A stretch of 64,000 bases of DNA from a virus (taxonomy: Duplodnaviria > Caudoviricetes). The stretch lies in IMG/VR virus record IMGVR_UViG_3300032225_000827, positions 2,070 through 66,069 of that record; one strand, given 5' to 3'. A model generated the notes under the pieces. That model made no database searches. It was not told the DNA's origin and saw only the letters and a program-made list of their open reading frames with translations. The translations under genes were made by a program, and so were the position numbers. Positions 8,242 through 19,439 of the stretch are shown here, one piece after another. Every line of letters begins with the position of its first letter. Position 1 is the first letter of the stretch.

Positions 8242-9969
8242 CTATCTAGGTTTATTAAAGTAAGAATTCCATAATGACGATGCAAGCGTTGAAATATTGG
8301 ATGGTATTTCATATGTCTCAGCATCGTTAGATGGAGTGTAATTAAAATACCTAATACCAGGATAGAAACCTTTAACACTAGTTATTTCATACGCTGTAGT
8401 AGGAGCTGTTACAATAGTTTTTCCCAAAGAACTACCTGTTAATGCATGAGATCCTTGATTACAGATAGGATCAATACCCCCATAACAACTTACATTTATA
8501 CTATTTACTTCTGTTTTATTTAATATGCTTTGTTTAGAAGTTGGTCCTATTATTTTATTCTCATCATCTAAAGTTTCTCCCGAAACAATTAATTGTCCAT
8601 AAATATTTTTATTAGGAGATGATCCTGTTCCTGTTGTATTATATGGATAAGAAATAGAAAATATATGACCATTCGCCATTCTAACACCAGGTTTAAGATT
8701 AAAAGGCATTGTAGTAGTTGATATAGTTGTAACAGGCTCTCCAATATTTTCAAAAGTTTCGGTTACAGGATCAAACGCTATTGTTCTAGTGTAATTATTT
8801 TCAAAATAACCAGCAGGAATACTTGCATCATTTTGCCAACTACCTGCATAATGAAGATATATTTTAGCAGTTTCAGGGTCTTGACTTGGTTTTAATTTTT
8901 CAATAGAACCAGCCATAAAACACCCTTGTATTCCTAATGGATCACTATATCCAGAAGGTAAATTATTTGGTATTCTTAAAGAATTATCTGTATAAAACAA
9001 AGGTCTTCCTATTGATGTAGAAGTACTATCCCATGTTGTATCATCTGTTTTAAGTTTAGTGATATAGGCATTTCTACCACCTCCAAAAACATAAATATTA
9101 CCATTCGGATGAGATATAGCGTCACTTAATGGAGGCATTGATCCAAGTCCTGAATTACCACTAGCATAAACTGGAGCATATGTATTTGAAGGAACTGTTA
9201 TTTGCACTCCATCAATATCACCTGGCTGTGGGAAATTGTTTACAGATTGAAAACTTCCACTAGTGGGGAAGTATTTTTTTGTGGTATTAGATGCACTTGT
9301 TGGAGTCCAATAAGCTGATTTCTGTATAGTATCTGCACTTTGATAATCACTTCTAGGAACAATCCTAGTTATTGGAGCGTTATTACCATGTGAAGTACCT
9401 AAAACATTAGGTAGTAAATAAATTTTACCATCAGTATGTAAAAATCCACCATAATAACCAACTTTACCTTCAGAAGCTGTTCCAACAGCAGGATCTAAAC
9501 CAACACTTGCGTAGGTAACAACTTTCCATTCCGTAAACTGAGCAATATCCCAATCTGGATTATCTTGCGGTTTAACAACTACATATCCCTGACCTAAGAA
9601 ACCAAAGAAATATATCAATCCATTAGGGGCTAATATACCTTTACCTCCAAATCTTCTTTGAAGAGACCCTGCTGTTTCAACAGTTTCTGGTAAAAAAGCA
9701 TTTTTAGCACTTCCTGTTGCAGGAACATTTGTTATTGTTGCAGGCTCCCATTTACCTGTTTGTGAATTGGATTTACCAGGCTTAATTACAGTTACAAATT
9801 GCGCTCCTTTATAAGTTGGTAAACAATAAATCAATCCATTAGGAGCTAAACAACCACCTGTAAAATAACCAGCAGTAGAATTTTGTGAAGATGTATCTCC
9901 ATACTTAAATGAATAAGTTTTAATATCCCATCCCCATTTAGATGATTTTATACTACCTCCTGCAAACAT
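8242..9969 (-). CDS. putative tail/receptor-binding protein with beta-propeller-like repeats
   Basis: Repeated LAPNGLIY, LHTDGKIY, SHPNGNIY and RMANGHIF blades. Located in the fibre cluster. Confidence 0.55.
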   Translation of the reverse strand: MFAGGSIKSSKWGWDIKTYSFKYGDTSSQNSTAGYFTGGCLAPNGLIYCLPTYKGAQFVTVIKPGKSNSQTGKWEPATITNVPATGSAKNAFLPETVETAGSLQRRFGGKGILAPNGLIYFFGFLGQGYVVVKPQDNPDWDIAQFTEWKVVTYASVGLDPAVGTASEGKVGYYGGFLHTDGKIYLLPNVLGTSHGNNAPITRIVPRSDYQSADTIQKSAYWTPTSASNTTKKYFPTSGSFQSVNNFPQPGDIDGVQITVPSNTYAPVYASGNSGLGSMPPLSDAISHPNGNIYVFGGGRNAYITKLKTDDTTWDSTSTSIGRPLFYTDNSLRIPNNLPSGYSDPLGIQGCFMAGSIEKLKPSQDPETAKIYLHYAGSWQNDASIPAGYFENNYTRTIAFDPVTETFENIGEPVTTISTTTMPFNLKPGVRMANGHIFSISYPYNTTGTGSSPNKNIYGQLIVSGETLDDENKIIGPTSKQSILNKTEVNSINVSCYGGIDPICNQGSHALTGSSLGKTIVTAPTTAYEITSVKGFYPGIRYFNYTPSNDAETYEIPSNISTLASSLWNSYFNKPR

Positions 9970-9971
9970 AA

Positions 9972-10928
9972 TTATGCGATATTAGTTAAGTCACCAAACA
10001 TCCAATAAATATTCGTATTTTCTCTAACCAAAGAACAAGTACTATTTGTTGTTCTTAAATATTGAGCGTTATCTGAAGAATTAATGGTTACACCAGCAGC
10101 ACCTACGATTTTAACAGGAGCATTACCTTCAGCACTTATATTAACAAATGTTATTTGAGAATTCAATGGGAATCCCAAGTTGTAACCTAAATTAACTTGA
10201 ACAACTAATTCAGTAGTAAGAGATGTATTATTAACTTTAATTATACATCCAGTACTATTTGTTCCATCACCAGGAGTTCCTGAAGTATTTATAGCATTAG
10301 TGACAGTACCTCCTGCTGCGGTAACGGATCTAAATCCATAAATAGCAACGGCATTTGTACCAATAGGTCCAGCAGGTCCGGGAGGCCCTTGAGTTCCTAA
10401 CAATGCCCAGTAAGTATTTGATGTAGCGCCACCTGATGGTAAAGCATTACCTGAAGTTGGAGTTGCATTTATATAGAACCAAGTAGTATAAACACCTCCT
10501 GAGACATTAGATACAACATCATTTAGTTGGTAAGTAGTACTATTACTCCATTGACCTTCCCAATTTAATCCAGAAGGAACGGAAGTTGCACTAACTCTCA
10601 AATTATCATCGTTTTCAATAGTTAAAGGGCCATTGCTGTAGGTAGAGCCATCTAAAGATAAAGTTACACCACCTTGTCCAGTTACTTGGAATGAACTCAT
10701 AGAGCCACCGCCACCACCGCCACCAGTTCCAATATCAGTAACAGAAACATATTGTTTAACTGCAATGGTACTATCCGTAGTTCCTGCTGAATTAGGGACA
10801 TCTTTATATACAGCAACGTAGTCATTTTGATCAGGAGTATAATCTCCAGGATTGAGAATAGCGTCATTTTTAAGAAGCCCTGCGATTTTATCGTAAATAC
10901 CTTTGAAATTAAAAGCGTTATTAGCCAT
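9972..10928 (-). CDS. fibre-like protein with a short collagen segment
   Basis: WEGQWSNSTTYQLNDVV module, GTQGPPGPAGP, and a C-terminal AAGVTINS...YLRTTNSTCSLV...YWMFGDL domain common in fibre proteins. Confidence 0.6.
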   Translation of the reverse strand: MANNAFNFKGIYDKIAGLLKNDAILNPGDYTPDQNDYVAVYKDVPNSAGTTDSTIAVKQYVSVTDIGTGGGGGGGSMSSFQVTGQGGVTLSLDGSTYSNGPLTIENDDNLRVSATSVPSGLNWEGQWSNSTTYQLNDVVSNVSGGVYTTWFYINATPTSGNALPSGGATSNTYWALLGTQGPPGPAGPIGTNAVAIYGFRSVTAAGGTVTNAINTSGTPGDGTNSTGCIIKVNNTSLTTELVVQVNLGYNLGFPLNSQITFVNISAEGNAPVKIVGAAGVTINSSDNAQYLRTTNSTCSLVRENTNIYWMFGDLTNIA

Positions 10929-11002
10929 AATTATTTGAATTTATGTGCTAAAATACAAAAAATCAAGGCTCAATATGACTTCTGATAATAAATAGTAAAA
11001 GT

Positions 11003-11203
11003 TTAGATTGATTCCTCTGTAAACCGCAAAAATGCGGTGTTTGAGTCCGCAATTAGAAGGTCAACAAACGCATCTATTCCCTTCTCAATTAATGCGTTGC
11101 GGAATACTGCATAGTCATCGGATGCATCAAATCCAAAGAAAATGTTTTGCTCTATAACACGAATAGTAGTTAACCCATTCTTTTCAGTTATTTCATATCT
11201 CAT
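11003..11203 (-). CDS. small protein after the fibre gene (possible fibre chaperone)
   Basis: 66 aa, with its start overlapping the stop of the 850-aa fibre. Confidence 0.45.
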   Translation of the reverse strand: MRYEITEKNGLTTIRVIEQNIFFGFDASDDYAVFRNALIEKGIDAFVDLLIADSNTAFLRFTEESI

Positions 11204-13752
11204 ATTTCAATCATTATTGATGTATTGTGAATGTTGCCACTAGTTGTTGTTGCATTGTTTTTACCACTGAATGTCATATCATCTCCTGCTGCAAAAGTTA
11301 CTGATGTTGACCCACTATTTGCCTCTGTATTGGCTGCACTTCCTGCAGCTATTGTAGCAATTACTGCGGTATCTACTTGATTTTTTCTTAGCGTGAAAAC
11401 AAATGATCCATTGGCAGGTTGTGATGAGAAAATTCTTATGTAAAAATTGGATGCAGTACACGCATAAGGAACAACAAATACACGCCCTAATTCAGTTGCA
11501 CTTAAAGTTGAGTAATTGAAACAACCATATTGAGTTGCTCCACCTGCTAAGGTAGTTCCTTGCAACACTCCCATAAAAGATTTAGCTGTAACGCTAACTG
11601 TATAGTTAGGAATATTCAAAGTGCTACCCGAAAATGTTGCAGGTCCTGTTGTTCCAGTAGTTGTTAATGTTATAGCATCTTGTTTACTGCTAAATTTACT
11701 CCAATCAGCAGTGCTTAAAACTCCTCTATTTGAGGCTGAGGCTGTTGGTACATTTAGAGTTATTACAGGGGTTGTTGTTCCTGTTGCTACAGAAGAACTT
11801 AAATCCGTCCCTGTAGTTCCTAATGTCAATGCCGCTACCGATGTTACTGTACCTACGGAAACATTACCACTACCAAGTAATGAAGTGCTATTAACAGTTT
11901 TTATATTTGTTCCACTTACTAACGCATCTTGTTTACCATCAAAAGTTGACCAATTAGCCGAACTCAATAGACCTCTATTTGTAGCAGACGCTGTTGGTAA
12001 ATTAAATGTATGAGTAGTTCCTGAGGATGATATACCAAAGTCAGTACCTGTAGTTCCTGTAGCTAAGGTTTGAGCAGCGCCAGTCAGTGAATTTATAGCC
12101 GTTATTCCAGTACCAGCCATAATACCTGCCTGTTGAGTAACGGTAAGAATTACAGAAGCCGTAGATGGTGGAGGAGAACCAGCAGGATAATACTCCATAG
12201 TAACCGCAGTATGATTAGTTGTACTCCACATTAATTCATAATATTGTCCTGCTACAACACTAAGCAAATAATTCCAAGATGTCACTGTATGACCAACAAC
12301 ACTTCCGTGTTTACTTGGGACAGATACATAACCCGAACTACCTGCTACATCACTACCATTTAATCTAAGCCAAATAGTAACATCTTCGTCACTATTATTT
12401 GAATTTTGAAATTGAGAACTAAACTGCAAGTTATATATTCCAGTATTAGCAAATGTAATGCGAGTTAAGTTTGTGCCATTAGTAACAACAGACACCCCAT
12501 TAGATAAATCGATGGTTCTAAATATCATAGCAACACCCACATTAGATGAAGGTGCTGACTGAGTATTATTATCCTGCCATGCTCCGTAATATCCTGTTGG
12601 AGTTGCGGCAGGTTGAGCTGTCCATTTTAATCCAGTTGTAGTAGAACTATCAGCAACAAGCATTTGAGTATCTAATCCAACTGGCAATCTTGTATTAGCA
12701 GTAGAGTTTCTAACATATATATCCCCTTTAGTAGTTAAGGGATTTGTAAATGCTGTTGTTTGAGTTGTATAATCTGGGAATGTAACTCCAGTTGCTGTAA
12801 TAGCCATAGAACTTGGTATGGTATTATTTGCAACGGTAATTTGATTATATTCTACTGTTGAATATTGATTCTGAGCATGGTTTTCTACTCCAAATAATGA
12901 AGGTGACATTTCAGTATCAGTCACTCCATCATCCATTGTGATACTATGAACACCTAAATTTACATCTTTAGTAGCTCCAGTATAAGGAACAAGATTTGAA
13001 ATATCCTGACTATTAGCAATAGTGAAATTAGGATATGTGCCAGTAATATCAATACCCGTCCCTTCAGTCAAAACAACTGTTTTATCAGGAGCAGTATTAG
13101 TAACCGTGAAATTAGGGTATGTGCCAGTAACGTCAATGCCTGTTCCTTCAGCGATTGAAACTGTTTGATTTGGAGCTGTATTGGTTATTGTGAAATTAGG
13201 GTACGTCCCGGTCACATCTATTCCTGTACCTTCCCCCAAAGTAACCACTTGATCAGGAGCAGTATTGGTAATGGTAACTGTTCCTGATGTAGTTATAGGG
13301 TTTGTCCCTGTAATGTCAATACCATTACCTTCAGTAAACCCTACGCTAGTAACGGTTCCGCTTCCTCCACCTCCTGTAGCCGCTGTTGTTTGAGTAGTCC
13401 CATCAGCAAACTTTAAGGCTGTAATATTCCTAATTACTACACTAACTATGTTTGTATTAATGAAGTCATATAGCTCCGTTAATCTCTCGAAATACTGACT
13501 CCCCTGCTGATAGAATCCTGCTGTAATTGGGGTATAACTTTGAGAGAATGTAGGGCCTTCAATTGAAGTAACTGTATTAGCAAAGAATCTAACGCTATCT
13601 CCCTCACCACCGCAAACCAGATAATCTCCTGAAATTTCAATAAAAACAGCAGTATCTAATACTTGTGCGACATAACCAAATTGATTGTAAAACGAGACGT
13701 TATAATTCTCGTCCATTACAATTCTATTTATGATAGCGGTTACTTGAGCCAT
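11200..13752 (-). CDS. tail fibre protein
   Basis: 850 aa, Thr/Gly-rich, with internal repeats (EGTGIDVTGTYPNFT x3; PTASAxNRGxLS...WSxF..KQDA x2). Confidence 0.75.
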   Translation of the reverse strand: MAQVTAIINRIVMDENYNVSFYNQFGYVAQVLDTAVFIEISGDYLVCGGEGDSVRFFANTVTSIEGPTFSQSYTPITAGFYQQGSQYFERLTELYDFINTNIVSVVIRNITALKFADGTTQTTAATGGGGSGTVTSVGFTEGNGIDITGTNPITTSGTVTITNTAPDQVVTLGEGTGIDVTGTYPNFTITNTAPNQTVSIAEGTGIDVTGTYPNFTVTNTAPDKTVVLTEGTGIDITGTYPNFTIANSQDISNLVPYTGATKDVNLGVHSITMDDGVTDTEMSPSLFGVENHAQNQYSTVEYNQITVANNTIPSSMAITATGVTFPDYTTQTTAFTNPLTTKGDIYVRNSTANTRLPVGLDTQMLVADSSTTTGLKWTAQPAATPTGYYGAWQDNNTQSAPSSNVGVAMIFRTIDLSNGVSVVTNGTNLTRITFANTGIYNLQFSSQFQNSNNSDEDVTIWLRLNGSDVAGSSGYVSVPSKHGSVVGHTVTSWNYLLSVVAGQYYELMWSTTNHTAVTMEYYPAGSPPPSTASVILTVTQQAGIMAGTGITAINSLTGAAQTLATGTTGTDFGISSSGTTHTFNLPTASATNRGLLSSANWSTFDGKQDALVSGTNIKTVNSTSLLGSGNVSVGTVTSVAALTLGTTGTDLSSSVATGTTTPVITLNVPTASASNRGVLSTADWSKFSSKQDAITLTTTGTTGPATFSGSTLNIPNYTVSVTAKSFMGVLQGTTLAGGATQYGCFNYSTLSATELGRVFVVPYACTASNFYIRIFSSQPANGSFVFTLRKNQVDTAVIATIAAGSAANTEANSGSTSVTFAAGDDMTFSGKNNATTTSGNIHNTSIMIEI
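13022..13273 (-). repeat. 84-bp (28-aa) tandem repeats in the fibre gene
   Basis: GTGAAATTAGG recurs at 13022, 13106 and 13190. Confidence 0.8.
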
Positions 13753-14489
13753 TACATTAATTGATTAATTTCCTCTTCTTTACCATATAAGCAGAACAAA
13801 GTTAATGAATTATATGTGTCAAAAAACTTTGAATTATTATATGTTTTTTCATCAATTCCCATCAACCTCAACTTGCTCATTATATTGGAAGCGTCCTCTG
13901 GAGTCCTTGCATCGCTATAAGTCTTAACCTCCATTTTGGTAGGCTCTACCCTCTTAGCAGGACGCTTATCTTCCTCCTTCTCTACGGTAACAACAGTCTT
14001 GGAACGTGCAGGGAACATGAACTCGGCTAGCTTGTTCTTCGTTAGCCTCTCCCCCTTCTCTAGCAAATCATCCCGATAATTCTTAATATCCGTTGTGTCA
14101 ATACCAAGCTTCTCCAACTCCTTGATGGCATAATCCACATCAGGAGCAGAAGTAATGAAGTAGCGATTGACAGTCTCAATCTTCTTAGAGGGCTTAGTTT
14201 CCTCATTTTTATTTGATGATAGTAAGAAGTTTATATCGTAACCAGCTGATGTTAAAAGGTTTGTAACTGCGCAGATTTGAGCCTTTAACATGGTCTTTAG
14301 TTCCGAACCTTCTCTCTCTGCGTACCCATAAAACTCAGAGCCTTCTTCAAAACTAGCCGTAGCTACAAAGTAACTACCCTGGCTTTTGTTCGATTTTAGA
14401 ACAACCTTCTGTTCGATTTTAGAACAAATGTCATTCAACACCTTTTGCTCCTCTGTTAAAGGATCACAATAATTAACATTAATTTTCAT
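13752..14489 (-). CDS. hypothetical protein
   Basis: 245-aa ORF coupled to the fibre gene. Confidence 0.65.
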   Translation of the reverse strand: MKINVNYCDPLTEEQKVLNDICSKIEQKVVLKSNKSQGSYFVATASFEEGSEFYGYAEREGSELKTMLKAQICAVTNLLTSAGYDINFLLSSNKNEETKPSKKIETVNRYFITSAPDVDYAIKELEKLGIDTTDIKNYRDDLLEKGERLTKNKLAEFMFPARSKTVVTVEKEEDKRPAKRVEPTKMEVKTYSDARTPEDASNIMSKLRLMGIDEKTYNNSKFFDTYNSLTLFCLYGKEEEINQLM

Positions 14490-14492
14490 TGC

Positions 14493-14708
14493 CTACTTAG
14501 TTTTTGTGAGCTTCTTATACATCACAACACAAGTAAAAATAGCAACTGCAATAGACCCTAGCAAAGAAATAATACGGAGTGTAGCCTCAAGACTTTCAAG
14601 CCAAGATGGTACAGAAAGCATAATAGAGGCGATTAGTCCGCCTGTTCCCTTTAAAGCCACGTCAGTTGTATTTAAATGATCCTGTATTAGATGAACAACT
14701 TTGCTCAT
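14493..14708 (-). CDS. small 2-TM membrane protein
   Basis: Two hydrophobic segments and a basic tail. Preceded by TATTTTTG (14713-20, - strand). Confidence 0.55.
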   Translation of the reverse strand: MSKVVHLIQDHLNTTDVALKGTGGLIASIMLSVPSWLESLEATLRIISLLGSIAVAIFTCVVMYKKLTKTK

Positions 14709-14726
14709 AATACAAAAATAAAATAT

Positions 14727-17700
14727 TTACTTATTCAAATTGGACTGATATTTTATTACTTTTCCCGAATTATCTTTTATTTCAGTAATGTAACTTTTCT
14801 TGTACTCTGCTGTATTAAAAGTACCTAGCTTTAATTTCTTCATAGCATCAGCTTGAGCTTGTATCTTAAAGTAATTTCTCGCTGCGGCTTGACCGGCTGG
14901 ATCAGAGTTCTCTAAAGCATCTAAATTTTGATCAATTAAAGCATTTTGGAACCTTTCAAAAACATTCTTAAACACGATAGTCTCATAATCATCAGCGGTA
15001 TATATATTAGAAATATCCTGATCAATGTCTTTAAGCTGTGTAAATCCATTACTAATCAAAGTCTCAACCTTAGCCTGATTATAAATATTCATCAATTGCG
15101 CTGCACGAGCTTCTGGACGCATATTAAGAAGTTCATTGTATCTATCTGCTACTTTATTAGAGAATAGATCCGTAGCTTCTTCTGTCATCTTTGTATTTGT
15201 CCCTGGATTTACATTAGATACAAATACATTAACCTTGTCAATAGGCTTCATATCAGGCAAATCCTTATATAATTCAGGGGCGATACCTCTTAATTTAATA
15301 TTTCTAATCTCATCTTTAGCTGCATCAATAAATGGACGTGAGAAAGGAACGGTTGTTCCAGACTTCATAGTCAAATAGGTGTTAGCTACTTGGATGAATA
15401 AAGCTAATTTCTCCTTTATACCTCTCTCCTCTGAGCTTAATTTAGAATCATTATCATCAAGGAGCATATCAACGAAATTAGTGACGCTAATGTTTCTTTT
15501 ACCAGCCATAGCCTCCATTTCTCGCTGTAACAGATCAAATCCTTGCTTGAACTGAGGAATATTATATAACATATTTCCCCCAACTTCAAACGCATACTCC
15601 TTACCAAATCCGTCAGCCGGAGATGCAAAGAAATTATCTTTTATAAAATCTTCCCAATACTTCTTATCTTCTTGCTTTTTAGAGGATGCGTACATCATTT
15701 CAGCAGATAAATAAGCTAATGCTTTTCCAACACCTCCTTCTGGGCCTGACATTAAATCCACAACAGCTTTCCTTCCTGATTTGGATAAAAATTCATTCAT
15801 CCCTTCATTGCTGGACAATTTATCTAGTTGTAATTTTGCCTTCTCTTTCTCCTCATCATCTCCAAAAGCAGAAGCTATTAACAAGCCTAAAAGCAAGCTA
15901 GCTGTAGCATACATCATAGAGTTCGTAGCAACCCTTGACGCCTTTGTAGCTGCATCATTAAAATTCTTGGTTCCTCCACGAGTTAATAAAGCTTCAACAT
16001 CTCCCTTATCAGAATATAGGAAGTTTGTAAACATTGAAACAGCTCTACCAGCAGTGCTATCTGCAGCTACAGTTGTCCATTTAGCATCTCTCAATCCTGG
16101 TAAATATGAAGATAGGGGTACAAATCTAACCAATTGTCTTCTTTGACCCTTTTTAGGACCTCTGGTTACACTAGCAACCTCCATGTCAGCAACAGCAGCC
16201 GCATCCATGATTGCTTGTCTATAACTAGGATCATTCAAATAAGATTGACTCCAGTTTTGACCTGTGATATTTCTAAATTCAGAATTAAATTTAACGTACC
16301 AAAACCCTGGTGTTAAAAGAATATCTGACATCCCCTGAGTGAACTGCTCGATCTTCGTAAATATTGACTCCTCTTTAATCCTACTTCTATCAAGATATGC
16401 TGATCTATTACCAATACCCTCAATTTTATCAAGCATTGGGCTATTAGTGAACTTCATTATATCAACAATACCCTTTCTAAGTTTAGCATCTTCTGATCCT
16501 TTTAATATACTTCTAGCATATACCTGCCCAAATTTAAAGTCGGCAGCCACCCCTAACTGAGCCATGTTAGCTGCAAATTCAGCCCCAATACGAACTGGGT
16601 TACTCAACAAGAATGTTTCAAGTGCTGATTGAGATCTTTCCAAGAATGGGATGCTTGCTCCTGAACGGATCTGATAATTCAATCTTGATAACTCATATTC
16701 TCGGATAGCCTGTAAAGCATTTCTATATTTTACTGGAGTAAATCTTCTAGCCTCCTTGAAAACTTGAGTAATTTCACCCAAAGCTTGATGTAAAAAGAAG
16801 TCTTGAGATACAGATTCAACGTGATCTGTTAACACTCTATCCATATTGAAAGATAGCATACGCCCTCTTAGAGGAACACGGCTAGTTCTTTCAAATGAAG
16901 CCCCTGCTCTTTTAACACCTTCTTTGGCTTTACCCTTCTTCAAATCATCTGGACCTGTTTCAACTCCAGAGTAATAAACGTGAGGCATATAGAATGGATT
17001 TACAAGCCCTTCCTGACCTCTTAACGCTTGCGCCCCCATGACAATATCACCTGTCTTATTAAAAGCGTCTCTTAGGGCGTTATATATGTCTAGTTGGGTG
17101 CTATCTGTAAATACGGATTTAGGATCCCTTTCAAAAGCCTCAAATAACGCTTTATAATCTAATGTATCATTTGGTCCAGGGAATCTATTTTTAAGATCTT
17201 CATAAACCGTAAAGGCAGCCATTGTTTCAGCCATGTTCCCACCTGTTAACATTTTCACAGCTGATGAAGCCATACCTGGACGCTCTCTTTCATTAGCAAT
17301 AGATTGCATTAACTGAAGATCTTCAAAAGCTCTTTTCAAGAAATCAACCTGAGGCAATCCGCTAGCAGCATCAAAACCATGCTCTAATGCGTATCCAATA
17401 ACACCGGCAGATACGTTGTTATAAATATCCTTTCTAATTACAAATGTCTTATCAGTGTCTGAGTCTATTAAATTCCCAGGGATAGTTAATTTTACAGGAG
17501 TCAACCTGTTTTTAATCGTATTATTACCAGCAGCTTTAGCGTATGCTTTAATAACATTATTGACAAAATCCTCATACTTCTGGATCGCCCTGTCTGTTAC
17601 TGAAAATACAGCCTTAGTTAAAGCGCTTGATTTAGCAATACCCAATAATTTCTCAACCTTAGCTGAGTCATTTAATTGTAGTTTTAATTTTAACGCTTGT

Positions 17701-19439
17701 TTGTTTTTAGCAAATCTGGAGGTAAAAGCCCATTTTCGTTCACCCAATGTCGTTATTTGATTAGATACCGCTTGCCCAACAACAACATTACCTTCAATTA
17801 CACGACCTGCTTTTAACTTAGATGTTAGCTCCATAGCCTCTCTCAAAGGAACAAATCCATTAAATATAGATTGAGATACAGCATTTAACTTTTCTAAGTC
17901 TGTTATTTCAACAGATTGCAATGCGTTATCTGAAAAAATGCTAGCTTTCTTAAATTCTTTAACTGCCGCAACTAATTCATCAAGAACTTGTTTTTCAAAA
18001 TCAGTTAAATTATTTAATACATCTAGATCATATATAGCGTAGTCTAAATTATCTGTAATAGCAGCAATTTCATTCAACTTCACCATGTTGATCTCATCCA
18101 TCCTCTCCTCTTCAAACACTTTCTTCCCATCCTCAATCTTGTAAATTTGCTCAAGAAGATTGTCGTACTCATCATCGCTTACAATCCCCTGATCATACAT
18201 ATTATCCAGAATTTTTTTAGCTGAATTAACTAGCTTTAAAAAATCTTTATATTCATCAATATTAGTAATTGGTTTATTCTTAACAGCGTCAGCAAGCGCA
18301 TTTACTATAGCTGACCCATCCTGCGGATAATTACCAATAATACCCTGACTATACACATTATCAAGAAGCTTTTTAGCTGAATTTATTAGCTTTTTTAATT
18401 GCTCATCCGCCTGATCAATCATAGCATCCTCTCTCATTCTAGCCAAAATAACCCTGTCGAATAAGCTATCCCCAGCAGCATCTCTTGCGTACATTTTAGA
18501 ATGATTAGGTATTTTATTACCCAAGTCATTTAAGGCGTCAAGATAAGCGTCTAAATCAGCATCACTAAGGATCAACTTACCATTGTTATCAAACAAGTTA
18601 ACAGAGGCAAACCTTCTAACATCAGTCTCGTATTTATAATGCTTAGGCTTTAACGCTTTCTTCTTTGCCTCATCTATACGATCCATTTTCTCAGCAAAAG
18701 CAGCGTTAGTCAATACCTTATCTACATAAGCTACGAAATTATTCAATCTCTTTTCAGTGTTAGCATTGGCAGCCATTTTAGCCAATTTTGAAGCTGTCCT
18801 AGATGATACAGTCCCAACCTCTTTAACAAAGCCACTATTAAGAAAATCTGTTATGATTTCCTTGGCTGTCTTAAAGTTTTCAAGCTTCTCAGAGGCTGTT
18901 TTCAAACGGTTTTTAGTGCTTGTCAAAGCAGTTTTAACCTCCTGCAATCTAGCCTTAAAAGTATTCTTCTTCTTCTCCTCAGCAACTGCTAATCCAAGAG
19001 CCATCTCCAACTCACTTTTCAGAGTCTTCTTCTCCTGCTCATATCCTTTTCTTTGATCTGCAATCTCACCTTTTAATTCTGATACTTGAGCCTTAGCTTT
19101 TTCTCTTACTTCAGATGTCTTGGTTTTTTCAGCTTCAACAGCAGCTTTCAATCTCTCAGCAGCACGTTTACGAATATCCTGCTTTTGAGCAGTGAAATCT
19201 TTTCTAAGAGCTGTTTTTTCCTGAGTAGCAATCTTCTTCTGATCCTTTAATTTCTGGTTAAGAAGGTCTACTTTATTCTTTATTGAAGATACTTGATCTG
19301 GAGAAAGGTTAATACCCTTTTCTTGAGCTATCTGCTCGATACCTCCAGTAGCAAATAGACGCAATAATTCACGTCTTGTAAAGTCAATTTCCTCCCCATT
19401 AGAAAGGGTTAAAGTCCAAATACACCTTCTTTTCGCCAT
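14727..19439 (-). CDS. large virion/ejection-type protein (1570 aa)
   Basis: Long helical/coiled-coil ORF after the tail genes. Position and size match podoviral internal proteins; no catalytic motif recognised. Confidence 0.55.
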   Translation of the reverse strand: MAKRRCIWTLTLSNGEEIDFTRRELLRLFATGGIEQIAQEKGINLSPDQVSSIKNKVDLLNQKLKDQKKIATQEKTALRKDFTAQKQDIRKRAAERLKAAVEAEKTKTSEVREKAKAQVSELKGEIADQRKGYEQEKKTLKSELEMALGLAVAEEKKKNTFKARLQEVKTALTSTKNRLKTASEKLENFKTAKEIITDFLNSGFVKEVGTVSSRTASKLAKMAANANTEKRLNNFVAYVDKVLTNAAFAEKMDRIDEAKKKALKPKHYKYETDVRRFASVNLFDNNGKLILSDADLDAYLDALNDLGNKIPNHSKMYARDAAGDSLFDRVILARMREDAMIDQADEQLKKLINSAKKLLDNVYSQGIIGNYPQDGSAIVNALADAVKNKPITNIDEYKDFLKLVNSAKKILDNMYDQGIVSDDEYDNLLEQIYKIEDGKKVFEEERMDEINMVKLNEIAAITDNLDYAIYDLDVLNNLTDFEKQVLDELVAAVKEFKKASIFSDNALQSVEITDLEKLNAVSQSIFNGFVPLREAMELTSKLKAGRVIEGNVVVGQAVSNQITTLGERKWAFTSRFAKNKQALKLKLQLNDSAKVEKLLGIAKSSALTKAVFSVTDRAIQKYEDFVNNVIKAYAKAAGNNTIKNRLTPVKLTIPGNLIDSDTDKTFVIRKDIYNNVSAGVIGYALEHGFDAASGLPQVDFLKRAFEDLQLMQSIANERERPGMASSAVKMLTGGNMAETMAAFTVYEDLKNRFPGPNDTLDYKALFEAFERDPKSVFTDSTQLDIYNALRDAFNKTGDIVMGAQALRGQEGLVNPFYMPHVYYSGVETGPDDLKKGKAKEGVKRAGASFERTSRVPLRGRMLSFNMDRVLTDHVESVSQDFFLHQALGEITQVFKEARRFTPVKYRNALQAIREYELSRLNYQIRSGASIPFLERSQSALETFLLSNPVRIGAEFAANMAQLGVAADFKFGQVYARSILKGSEDAKLRKGIVDIMKFTNSPMLDKIEGIGNRSAYLDRSRIKEESIFTKIEQFTQGMSDILLTPGFWYVKFNSEFRNITGQNWSQSYLNDPSYRQAIMDAAAVADMEVASVTRGPKKGQRRQLVRFVPLSSYLPGLRDAKWTTVAADSTAGRAVSMFTNFLYSDKGDVEALLTRGGTKNFNDAATKASRVATNSMMYATASLLLGLLIASAFGDDEEKEKAKLQLDKLSSNEGMNEFLSKSGRKAVVDLMSGPEGGVGKALAYLSAEMMYASSKKQEDKKYWEDFIKDNFFASPADGFGKEYAFEVGGNMLYNIPQFKQGFDLLQREMEAMAGKRNISVTNFVDMLLDDNDSKLSSEERGIKEKLALFIQVANTYLTMKSGTTVPFSRPFIDAAKDEIRNIKLRGIAPELYKDLPDMKPIDKVNVFVSNVNPGTNTKMTEEATDLFSNKVADRYNELLNMRPEARAAQLMNIYNQAKVETLISNGFTQLKDIDQDISNIYTADDYETIVFKNVFERFQNALIDQNLDALENSDPAGQAAARNYFKIQAQADAMKKLKLGTFNTAEYKKSYITEIKDNSGKVIKYQSNLNK

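Noticed and set aside
11200-13752. Diversity-generating retroelement or invertible fibre cassette
   Set aside because: Repeats are in-frame coding tandem units. No reverse transcriptase, template/variable repeat pair with adenine-specific differences, or invertase was seen.
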